Source: Patescibacteria group bacterium (GTDB lineage Bacteria; Patescibacteriota; Patescibacteriia; PEXW01). From it: a stretch of 64,000 nucleotides of DNA. This document shows positions 17,837 to 27,200 of this stretch, one piece after another. The number at the start of each line of letters is the position of its first letter. The first letter of the stretch is position 1. A program made the translations under genes and the position numbers. Under the pieces are notes generated by a model. It was not told the origin of the DNA. It searched no databases and saw only the letters and a program-made list of their open reading frames with translations. The DNA lies in NCBI GenBank assembly GCA_041665345.1, contig JBAYJA010000001.1, positions 457,206 to 521,205 of the forward strand. The letters run 5' to 3'.

Positions 17837-18973
17837 GTGATGTTGAACGTGGTAAAACGTTTTTTTGTACCTTACAAATCAAATAACTGTGAAAGGACGG
17901 AAAAGGTGACTCCAAACGTCATAATCATTGGTGATTTTTTGAAAGATTTAGATGACGAGCATGCGTTGGTGCTGGCGGCGGCAATGCATCGGTCAGATTT
18001 AATCAACCTCCGGTGCGTTATTGGTAACCTTGCCCCGGCGGTTGTCCGAGCGCAGGGAGCGAAAGCTACTTTGGTCCAGCTGGGTTTGCCGAATATCCCA
18101 GTTGGCGTAGGCCTTCCAGTGTACATAGGGAAGTTCCATCCCTATGAGCACGACTTGCCCTACATCGCATCTGGAGTCGATGTTCATGAGGATGGTCAGG
18201 CTCTCCTCGTGCGGACATTACAGGCTTGTCCAGATAACAGCGTGATTCTCGTGCTCCAGTCTGGCCTTACAGATGCCGCACAGCTTTTGCGAGACCATGA
18301 AGATTTATGCCGTGAGAAACTTATGCATGTGGCAATCATGGGTGGCGTGGAATTTGTTGATGATTTCATGGTCCCGAATAATGCCAGCAATAATTCTTTT
18401 GATTGGGAAGCTGCCGTCTGGCTGCATAGAAGATTGCAGGAGTTGGACATCCGAATGGTTATCACCACCCGTGAAGCGGCGTACGCTGTCCAGTTTCCAC
18501 TTTCAGCATATAGTACACTTTTGCGTACTGGTCACCCTGTAGCTGAATGTTTGTACGCACGTCAGTTGCAATCCTACCAGCGTACGTGGATTGAGTCTTG
18601 TGGAGCGCCTGGATCAGAAGAGCGCGGGTCTCTACCACTTGATCGTGATCGGCAGTGGTTTATAAGAGTCTACTGCAACGGTGCGGATCCAGGCATAGCT
18701 GATGGCGCAGACATTACCCCATTCGTGACCGGATTCAACCTATACGATTCTCTTAATCTTTGGGCCGCACTCCCAGAGAATCTCCAACTTAGTGATTACT
18801 TTTTGCCGATTATAGTGCGTGGGATGAAGGCGCAACATTGCATTGTTGGTTATAACTCTAAATTGCATGGCGTGACTAACCCAGAGGCACTGCGCGCTAT
18901 GTTATTGGAGATGGAAGTCCTTGCATTTTCACATTCTGTGAGTAACCAAGAAAAACGAGCGATCATAACTTAG
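17837..18973 (+). CDS. hypothetical protein, possibly a divergent nucleoside-hydrolase-like protein
   Basis: N-terminal IIIGDFLKDLDDEHAL weakly resembles the IU-nucleoside hydrolase DxDxxxDD motif. Confidence 0.3.
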   Translation: MMLNVVKRFFVPYKSNNCERTEKVTPNVIIIGDFLKDLDDEHALVLAAAMHRSDLINLRCVIGNLAPAVVRAQGAKATLVQLGLPNIPVGVGLPVYIGKFHPYEHDLPYIASGVDVHEDGQALLVRTLQACPDNSVILVLQSGLTDAAQLLRDHEDLCREKLMHVAIMGGVEFVDDFMVPNNASNNSFDWEAAVWLHRRLQELDIRMVITTREAAYAVQFPLSAYSTLLRTGHPVAECLYARQLQSYQRTWIESCGAPGSEERGSLPLDRDRQWFIRVYCNGADPGIADGADITPFVTGFNLYDSLNLWAALPENLQLSDYFLPIIVRGMKAQHCIVGYNSKLHGVTNPEALRAMLLEMEVLAFSHSVSNQEKRAIIT

Positions 18974-18994
18974 GTTTTTAATGAGCACTTTCAA

Positions 18995-19021
18995 GACGCA
19001 GGACAACCTGCGTCTTTTTTA
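18995..19021 (+). terminator. Rho-independent terminator
   Basis: agacgcagg-acaa-cctgcgtct followed by ttttt. Confidence 0.7.
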
Positions 19022-19281
19022 GCAAAAAAAGAAATAACCGGAGTAGGTACTTTTCTGTAGATCTGTTTCCCTTCAAGGGTCTGAGGACTCTTCAGGGTCT
19101 CAGAAGTCGCTTTGGGTTATGTACAGTCCAGAGGCTAAAGCCTCTACTCCAAATGAAAATCCGCTAATACATTTCATCGTTGTTGGTTGTATGTAATGTA
19201 GATGGAGTTGACTTTAGGGCTCCTTTTGCTAATCTAAGAAATCAGTAGAAAAATAACAAAAATAGAGTAAGGAGCATATGC

Positions 19282-19539
19282 ATGCAAACAAAAAACGATC
19301 GAGATTTTGGTCCAGATTTCGACCCATTCTCACGCGGTGCGCTTGAGGAACAACGGGCGAAGCTGCGAGCAGAGGCGGACGTGCATTTTGAAAAAGTGTC
19401 GGAGATTCTGCGTCAGAATGTTCGCCGAAGTCGGGCATTAGCCAGAGCTGCCCAAGCTAAGCAAATTGCAGCCAGTCAAACCCAGGCACAGCCACTGCCC
19501 AAGAAACACAAGAGGACAAAAAGGAAGGCCTCAAAATAG
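19282..19539 (+). CDS. small basic protein
   Basis: aaggag RBS; lysine/arginine-rich C terminus. Confidence 0.4.
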   Translation: MQTKNDRDFGPDFDPFSRGALEEQRAKLRAEADVHFEKVSEILRQNVRRSRALARAAQAKQIAASQTQAQPLPKKHKRTKRKASK

Positions 19540-19661
19540 TACCCAGATTACTCAGTGTATGAGCGTAGGAAATTCTACGCTCATTTTCATTTGGTTCTAT
19601 AGCCTTGACCCCAAAGCGTCCTTCACCTACACTTTCCCAAAACACATGCACAGGAGGTTTG

Positions 19662-19904
19662 ATGCCAAAATGTACCATTTGTGATGCGGTCTACGATATT
19701 CCCGCAACCGCAGAACAGTGCGCGAAGAAGGGACTGCGAGGCGCGCGCGGGCTCAGCATTGGGGATCTGATAACGGTGGAAGCTGGTGACGGGCACCGGC
19801 AAGTGGAAATTACCGGCTTCCAAGTAGAAGCTGAAACGCACCAGGTAATCCGCATCATTGCCGGACAAGAAGTGTACCCAATCGCGAAAGTATTGCCTCG
19901 CTAG
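19662..19904 (+). CDS. small hypothetical protein
   Basis: Internal start with ggagg RBS 5 nt upstream; CxxC near the N terminus. Confidence 0.35.
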   Translation: MPKCTICDAVYDIPATAEQCAKKGLRGARGLSIGDLITVEAGDGHRQVEITGFQVEAETHQVIRIIAGQEVYPIAKVLPR

Positions 19905-19968
19905 CCGCACATGCCATCCAGCCGCTCTAACCCAGCGGCTGTTTTTTCTATGGAGAAAAGCGTAGACG

Positions 19969-21696
19969 TTGTATACTGTTTATATGCGAAAAGTGATTCT
20001 TATTGTAGCGGTATTGTTTGGGGGTCTTGTGTTTTTTCCTCAGCTTTCACACGCCCAAACCTCCACCTTTGAGCAAATCAAGGCTTTTGACGTGCAGATT
20101 GAAGCGGCCAAGGAAGGGACATTCATCGTGACGGAGAAAATTGTGTACGACTTTGGAGCAACCGCGCACCATGGGATTTTTCGGGATATTCCGTACCGTT
20201 ACCGTCGAGATGTTCAAACGTATAGCATTCGGTTGGATCTGCAATCTGTCACAAATGACCAAGGAAAAGCTTGGCCGTACACTGAACGCCGCTCGGGCGG
20301 GGAGCTCCATGTGAAAATTGGTGACAAAGATTCTACAGTCACCGGCATGCAAACCTACGTGCTGACCTACACCCTCCGTCGCGCGGTCAATACCTTTAAC
20401 GATAGCCAGGAAATTTACTGGAACGCCACTGGGAATCACTGGCAAGTGCCCATGCAAGCGGCATCGGCCACGGTTTCCTTACCTGACGGGACAAAGCCAG
20501 ACGAACTGGTGTGCTACACCGGTGTTGAAGGCGCAACTCTGCAAAATTGTTCGAAGCAAGTGCAAGCTGATGGAAAGGTAGTCTTTGTGGCCCAGTCGTT
20601 GGCACCAGCGGAAGGTCTTACTTTTGCTATCAAGGTGCCAAGCGGCACTTTTGACAAAGCAACCACTGCGCAACGTTGGCAAGATTTTGTGGTTGATAAT
20701 TGGACCGTGCTCCTCATTCCCATTGGTTGGTTCCTCATGCACCAGCACTGGCGAAAGCGGGGGAAGGACCCCAAAGGTCGTGGCACCATCATCCCAGAGT
20801 ACGAAGCCCCAGAAAAGCTCCGGCCGGCCATGCTGGGGACGGTTTGGGATGGGAGTGGTGATATGCGAGACATTTCTGCCACCATCATTGACCTAGCTGT
20901 ACGGGGGCACCTAAAGATCAAAGATTTAGGAAAGAAGAATTACGAGTTCACCCGTTTGGTGAACCCCAAGGACACGCTGAATGCCTTTGAGCAAAAGTTG
21001 TTTGATGAACTTTTCCTGAAGACAGCTAGTAAAAAGACCGTGGAGCTTAAGGATTTGAAGCAGAAATTTTACACAGCCATTCCTGAATTGAAGAAGCAAC
21101 TGCATGAGGCGCTGGTTACAGACGGGTACTACACCAAGAACCCAGCGAATGCGAAAGCAACGTACCTCACCCTGGCCGGCTTTCTCATCATTGGACCATG
21201 GGTACTTTTCGCCTCCACGGGTGTTTTCCCACTCATAACGGTTATCAGCTTAAGCGCGGTGGGGTTCATTGTCCTTGCGTATGGATTCTTCATGCCGCAG
21301 CGAACGGTGAAAGGCGCAGAAGTGCGGGAGCGAATTGAAGGTTTCAAATGGTTTTTATCCGTTACAGAAAAGGAGCGGTTGAAATTCCATAATGCACCCG
21401 AGCGCAAGCCCGAACAGTTCCAGGCCTTGCTGCCCTACGCCATGGTACTGGAAGTGGAAAAGCAGTGGGCGCAGCAATTTGCCAGCCTGGAAATGCAGCC
21501 CCCAAGCTGGTACACTGCCTCACCCGGGAACGTGTTCAATGCGCTGTTCCTGGCCAGTGTCATGTCGGATTTCCGCAGCAGTGCGAATAGTGCTATGGTA
21601 TCCCGTCCAGCCAGCGCGGGTGGCGGTGGTTCTGGCTTTGGCGGCGGCGGTTTTTCCGGTGGCGGCTTTGGCGGCGGTGGGGGAGGAAGTTGGTAA
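19969..21696 (+). CDS. DUF2207-like membrane protein with glycine-rich C-terminal tail
   Basis: Signal peptide, extracellular beta-rich region, two TM helices, C-terminal (G)nSGFGGGG tail typical of DUF2207 proteins. Confidence 0.55.
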   Translation: MYTVYMRKVILIVAVLFGGLVFFPQLSHAQTSTFEQIKAFDVQIEAAKEGTFIVTEKIVYDFGATAHHGIFRDIPYRYRRDVQTYSIRLDLQSVTNDQGKAWPYTERRSGGELHVKIGDKDSTVTGMQTYVLTYTLRRAVNTFNDSQEIYWNATGNHWQVPMQAASATVSLPDGTKPDELVCYTGVEGATLQNCSKQVQADGKVVFVAQSLAPAEGLTFAIKVPSGTFDKATTAQRWQDFVVDNWTVLLIPIGWFLMHQHWRKRGKDPKGRGTIIPEYEAPEKLRPAMLGTVWDGSGDMRDISATIIDLAVRGHLKIKDLGKKNYEFTRLVNPKDTLNAFEQKLFDELFLKTASKKTVELKDLKQKFYTAIPELKKQLHEALVTDGYYTKNPANAKATYLTLAGFLIIGPWVLFASTGVFPLITVISLSAVGFIVLAYGFFMPQRTVKGAEVRERIEGFKWFLSVTEKERLKFHNAPERKPEQFQALLPYAMVLEVEKQWAQQFASLEMQPPSWYTASPGNVFNALFLASVMSDFRSSANSAMVSRPASAGGGGSGFGGGGFSGGGFGGGGGGSW

Positions 21697-21707
21697 TCAG
21701 TATCACT

Positions 21708-22523
21708 ATGAGGCTGAACACCGTAGAAACGAAGCACCTACGTTTTGCCACCCACCTGGCGCTGCAAGCTGGGAAAATCATGCGGAAGAATTTCATGCTG
21801 GGCATGAAGAAGGAGTGGAAGAAAGATGCAACGCCATTGACGTTAACTGATTTGGCGATTAATCGATTTGTCATCCGCGATATCATAAAAGCGTTTCCAG
21901 CCCACGGCATCATTACTGAGGAATCAAAATCTATACATGGACAAGGAGAACTTACCTGGGTTTGTGATCCAGTCGACGGCACAACGCCTTTCTCACACGG
22001 TATTCCAACCAGCGTCTTTTCGCTTGCATTGGTGCAAAATGGGAAACCAATACTTGGTGTCGTTTACGATCCCTTCATGCAAAGAATGTACACAGCGGTG
22101 AAAGGTAAGGGCGCAACGTTGAATGGCAAAAGGATGAAAGTTTCTAACAAGAAGTCATTAGAGAATACTGTTATAGGTTTTGGTACCATGCGGTTGTGGA
22201 AGGTAAAGCATAATCGTGATATTGCTACAATTTTTCAGACACTGATGCAGGCAAAAGCCAAAGTGCTGAATTTGGGATCGGTCATCTACCAAGGTATGAT
22301 GGTTGCCGCTGGGGAATCTGGTGGCATTATGGGCGGGCACGATAGTTGCTGGGATGCTGCCTCGCTGAAGATCATCGTGGAAGAAGCAGGTGGAAAGGTG
22401 ACGGATATTGACGGCAAAGAACAGCGGTACGATCAATCGCTGAAAGGTGTGATTGTTTCGAACAAACATCTGCACCCGACGTTGGTGAAAATTCTTCAGA
22501 ATGCGAGGATAAGGCTCCGGTAG
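21708..22523 (+). CDS. suhB: inositol monophosphatase family protein
   Basis: WVCDPVDGTTPF (DPIDGT) and metal-binding EE motifs of IMPase/FIG superfamily. Confidence 0.75.
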   Translation: MRLNTVETKHLRFATHLALQAGKIMRKNFMLGMKKEWKKDATPLTLTDLAINRFVIRDIIKAFPAHGIITEESKSIHGQGELTWVCDPVDGTTPFSHGIPTSVFSLALVQNGKPILGVVYDPFMQRMYTAVKGKGATLNGKRMKVSNKKSLENTVIGFGTMRLWKVKHNRDIATIFQTLMQAKAKVLNLGSVIYQGMMVAAGESGGIMGGHDSCWDAASLKIIVEEAGGKVTDIDGKEQRYDQSLKGVIVSNKHLHPTLVKILQNARIRLR

Positions 22524-22639
22524 GTTGTGTTGCGGATATCTGGTGGTTGAGAAACCCCTGCTTTGACGTTGCCAAAATATGTGTTAAGGTGGGGCCACGA
22601 AAAAGTACATGAACAATTGAGATATTTTAGAGGAGGAAC

Positions 22640-24136
22640 ATGAACAAGAAAGTCACTACAAAAGCATTGCCGCGACATTTTGCGCTTTATGATGCTCGAT
22701 TATTAGTTATCTTGCGGGAAGCACAAAAGATCCGGCGCCATCGAGATTTTTCCCAGGTAAGTCCTTTTGCGTATCGGTACGTCAATCAAGAGCTTGCTCC
22801 CTATACTTCGGAGCAGGCGCGCATCTTGTACCAAGGACTTTTTGAATCATCCATCGCATTAGCTCTGTACGACAGTAACCTCTGTCCCGAACAGTACATG
22901 CAGGAAATTATTTCCGCTTGTGCGAAGGTAAAGGCATCTGACGTTTACCGGTTTGAGTACGGGGTAAAAGGCAAAGTGAAGGGTTTGAAGCATGATGTGC
23001 GGGCGTTGCTGAAGCGGATCAAGCAATTGATAAGCAAACCCGCGCGGCGTTATGTGCACTTACTTGCCACGAGTAATGATACTCTGAATTCTGCCGATAG
23101 TGCTCGACTTCGGGATGTTTTGGAAAGCGTTGTTCTACCATCACTGTGGGGGCTCTTGATTCCTATACTGCGACTGTGTAAAGAGTACGCGGATACTGTC
23201 CAAGTTGGCCGAACGCACCTGCAGCATGCTTCGCCGCAAACTTTTGGAAATACCATGGCGGAGTACTTGGTTAGGCTTGGTGGTGAGTTGTTGAAGTTGG
23301 AAAAAGAGAAAGACAGACTTGTCGGGAAGTTTTCAGGGCCGGTTGGCACGTACGGTCCTGGATCCTTAGTGCTTCAAAACCCAATGCGTTTTGAGCAATG
23401 TGTTCTTGGCTACCTTGGCTTGCGAGCTGGTCGGTATTCGACACAGATTGTTATGCCTGAGGCGGTTACAGATGTTATGCACCGTTTGACCGTGATCATG
23501 GGGATTTTTGGTGACCTCGGAGATAGTCTGCGCCGGCTACAATCAACTGAGGTGAGTGAAGTTGCCCAAGCGAAGGCGACGCAGGGTAGCTCTTCGATCA
23601 TGGCCGGCAAGATCAATCCTATTTCTTTTGAGAATGTAAAGAGCTTGGAAAAAGCTGAAGTGGGTCGGATGATTACCGTCTACCTCGACTTAATTTCCGA
23701 TCATCAGCGCGATCTGACAAACTCCGCTTCTGGGCGGTATTGGATGGAAATCGTAGAGTTCATTTTCACAGCAACGAAAACGCTGAAGCGAATTCTGCCC
23801 TCGCTGGTAGTTGATGAATCGCAGATGATGAAAAACTTTACGCTCACTGGCGATCTTATCATTTCCGACCCATTGAATACGCTTCTGACCTACTATGGTC
23901 ACCCTCGGCCACACGAATATGTTTCATCACTTTGTGACAGGTCTCGTGCGACGGGAGAGAAAGTGTTCGATCTACTCATGAAGGATAAGAATGTGCGTCC
24001 GTACGTGAACCAAATGACAACAAAGCAGCAGCGTGTCCTCAAATCACCCAGACTGTACATTGGTTATGCGGCAAAACGAACCAAAAGAGAAGTTGCATTT
24101 TGGCAGAAAAAATTGCAACAGCGAATTGGTGCGTAG
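22640..24136 (+). CDS. purB: adenylosuccinate lyase-like (fumarate lyase class II family)
   Basis: GSSSIMAGKINP signature (GSSxMxxKxN); good RBS. Confidence 0.65.
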   Translation: MNKKVTTKALPRHFALYDARLLVILREAQKIRRHRDFSQVSPFAYRYVNQELAPYTSEQARILYQGLFESSIALALYDSNLCPEQYMQEIISACAKVKASDVYRFEYGVKGKVKGLKHDVRALLKRIKQLISKPARRYVHLLATSNDTLNSADSARLRDVLESVVLPSLWGLLIPILRLCKEYADTVQVGRTHLQHASPQTFGNTMAEYLVRLGGELLKLEKEKDRLVGKFSGPVGTYGPGSLVLQNPMRFEQCVLGYLGLRAGRYSTQIVMPEAVTDVMHRLTVIMGIFGDLGDSLRRLQSTEVSEVAQAKATQGSSSIMAGKINPISFENVKSLEKAEVGRMITVYLDLISDHQRDLTNSASGRYWMEIVEFIFTATKTLKRILPSLVVDESQMMKNFTLTGDLIISDPLNTLLTYYGHPRPHEYVSSLCDRSRATGEKVFDLLMKDKNVRPYVNQMTTKQQRVLKSPRLYIGYAAKRTKREVAFWQKKLQQRIGA

Positions 24137-24158
24137 TCACTGCAATTGCGTTCTTTCA

Positions 24159-24191
24159 AACCTGTTCCACCCTGGAGCAGGTTTTTGTTTT
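24159..24191 (+). terminator. Rho-independent terminator
   Basis: aacctgttcc-accc-tggagcaggtt followed by tttgtttt. Confidence 0.6.
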
Positions 24192-24244
24192 ACCAAAACC
24201 CTTATCCTAAGGTAGAATGACTACATCTTTCTAACAGCATCCGT

Positions 24245-27200
24245 ATGCCAAACCTCCACCCGGACCAAGCGCCAGTTGTCATCTCAAAAGCATTTTGGAA
24301 AACCAAGTGGTTCTACTCCCTTTGTGGAGTAGTTCTCCTGGCCGGGGTTAGCGCCGGGGTCTGGTTTGGCATTGTCCAACCACGGCGGGGAACAACTGGT
24401 GGGGATGCGTTTGATAAGATCGTGTTGCCTGCAGATACGGCGAGCGCCACCTTTGTAGTGGAAGCCACCAAGAAAGACCGGCTGGGGGTGGATCCGAAGA
24501 CCAGTTTTGTCCTGACCACCACAGCGCCCATTGCCGCGAAAGACTTGGAAGCCTCCATTAGCTTTTCGCCAAAGGTGGAATTTGCCATTGCCAGTACAGA
24601 TGAGAAAACTTTTGAAATTACCCCCAAGAAACCCTTGGGTGACGAAGCGGTGTACACCTTGGCCGTGAACGCCACGGTGCAGGGGACTGCGGGGAATGAG
24701 AAGCAAACCTACCAGTGGGCCTTCCAACCCAAGACCAGCCTGGCAATTGAAGGAACGCTGCCGCGAGATGAAGCCACTGGCGTTCCGGTGAATACCGGCA
24801 TTGAAGTCACCTTTAGCACAGATGCGGTGAAAGATTTTGGCCAGCACTTCACTATCACCCCCAGTGCAAAAGGCGCTTTTGAGCAGCACGGTCGGACCTG
24901 GGTGTTTGTCCCTGCGGAAAAGCTGAAGGCTGCAACCCTGTACACTGTCACCCTTGCAGCAGCGTTACCAGTGCAAGGCTCAGATGTGACGTTGGGTCAG
25001 GCGTTCAGCTTCCAGTTTGAAACCGCGGTTGCCCAGCAGTCCAACGATGCCTTTACCTACGCGCGCTTCTCGCGCTCTTTCCAATCCGTGTTGCCCAAGG
25101 AAGCCCCGGTGCTGGATTTTGGGTACTACGGGAACTTGGGGACACCCAAAGCCACGGTGCACCGCTTTGCGAGTAGCCAGGAAATGATTGAAAAACTGCA
25201 TGTCTTAGACGACATTCCCACCTGGGCAACAGCAGCGTTGGACACTGCGCTCATTAGCACCGAAGGCTTGACCGAGATTGGCACCTACGATGCCAAGGTT
25301 GAGTCTTTTGATAATCAGTACGTGCTCCGGCTACCTTCGGGTTTTGATGCGGGGTACTACCTGATGACCTTGGATGTGAAGGGCCGGAAATTGCAAACCG
25401 TGATTGTGGTGAGCGAACTTGGTGCCGCGCAGTTTGTGAGCCGCACAGATACCGTCCTGTGGTTGCAGGATTTGAAGGCAGGGACGCCGCTGCAGAAAGT
25501 ATCAGCCGTCTTTGCACTTGACGGCAAGACGTACAGTAGTGACAGCGAAGGGGTCGTTCGCCTCACCACCCCAGACCAAGCAGTGGATACGGAGACCGAT
25601 TTTACGCGTTCGTACTTCACCGTCAAAACTTCGGATAATCGGGAAACCGTCATTCCCTTCACCCCTGAAGGCGAGTCCTTCTTCGCCTGGCGCGGGATGC
25701 GGGACCGGCCCACGCACGATACATACTGGAAATACTTGTACTTGGATCGGACGCTCTACCGCCCGTCAGACACAGTGAATATCTGGGGCATTATCCAGCC
25801 ACGGAAAAACCCCAAGGCCGAAGAGTACGTGGTAAAAGTGTGGACCTGGAATGTGACGGATTGGAATGGTGCGTACTTGCCGTTGGTTGAGGATCGCGTG
25901 CAGACCAATGCCTCAGGCACTTTCACCAAAGCACTGGCGCTGACGCAGCTCAATCCCGGCACGTATACGCTGAGCATTGAAACCCTGACGGGCAAGGAAA
26001 TTGCCTCCAAGCAGTTTGAAGTGCAGACGTTCACGAAGCCCGCCTTTGGTGTGAGTCTTTCACCGCAGCGCCAAGCCGGCATTGTGGGGGAGCAATTGCC
26101 CATTCAGGCATTCGCTACCTTCTTTGATGGCACACCTACCCCCAATGCCAAGCTCCGTTACTCCAGCTGGGGACAGCCTGGTGGGGAAGGGACGGACATT
26201 ACGGCGAATAGCCAGGGCACTGCGTCGTTCAACTTGCCATTGGCGAACACGAATAATTCGGTGGGGACGCAACGGGTGACCGTGTTCCCGGCGGAAGCGT
26301 CTGACGGTGATGTCCAGGGCAGTGCGGACATTGTGGTTTTTCCCAGTCGGGTCATTTCCAATTTGGAAACCGACCGGAATGGGAGCCAGGCGACCCTGAA
26401 GTTGCACGTCCGGAATGTGGACGTCACCAAGCCAGTGACCGACTGGTGGAATGCCTACGACACCATGACCAGTGGTCCGGCCGCGAATGCCAAGGTAGAA
26501 GTCAAAGTCATTGAGCAGGTTTTGACCAAAACCAAGCGGGGCACGCGGTATGACTTTATTGAGAAGCAGACTGTGGATGTGTATGATTACCGCTACAATG
26601 ACGTGGTGCGGACGACCCTCACGGGCGTGACCGATGCGCAGGGAGCGTACACCAAGGACATCACTCTACCCGGCACGAGTTCGCGGGTAGAAGTGCGGGC
26701 GTTTGATACGAAAAATCTGGCCTATCTCCAAACCGCGTACTTTGGGAGTACGCAGTATGCGGATGCGGAAAGTGCCAGCTACCGCGTAGTGGACGTGGCA
26801 CAGGATGGCCGGACAGATGCGCAGCTGGTCTACCCACTTGGCGGCACAACGACTCTGGAATTCCGCAAGGGGAATACAGCCGTGGAAGCCAAGGGCACGT
26901 TCATGTTTGTGACGCTCCAGAATGGGATTCAAGACGTTACAATAACCGACAAACCGCAGTTACCATTTACGTATACCGAAGCCAATATTCCCAATGTGTT
27001 CGTGACCGGGGTGTGGTTTACGGGTAGTGCGTTCCGTGCGCCAGCACAGTATGAACAAGCCATGCTGCAGTTTGATGCGGAGACCCGTGCTTTGCAACTA
27101 GAACTCAAAGCAGAAAAGGCAAGTTACGGTCCAGGTGATACAGTTCGGGTGACGGTGACCGCCAAAGACGCTGCAGGGAAACCGGTTGACGCGCGGGTGA

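Noticed and set aside
21593-21700. Low-complexity glycine/proline-rich stretch at 21.6 kb as a possible repeat element
   Set aside because: It is the C-terminal G-rich tail of the DUF2207-like protein. The antisense P-rich ORF is its mirror image.
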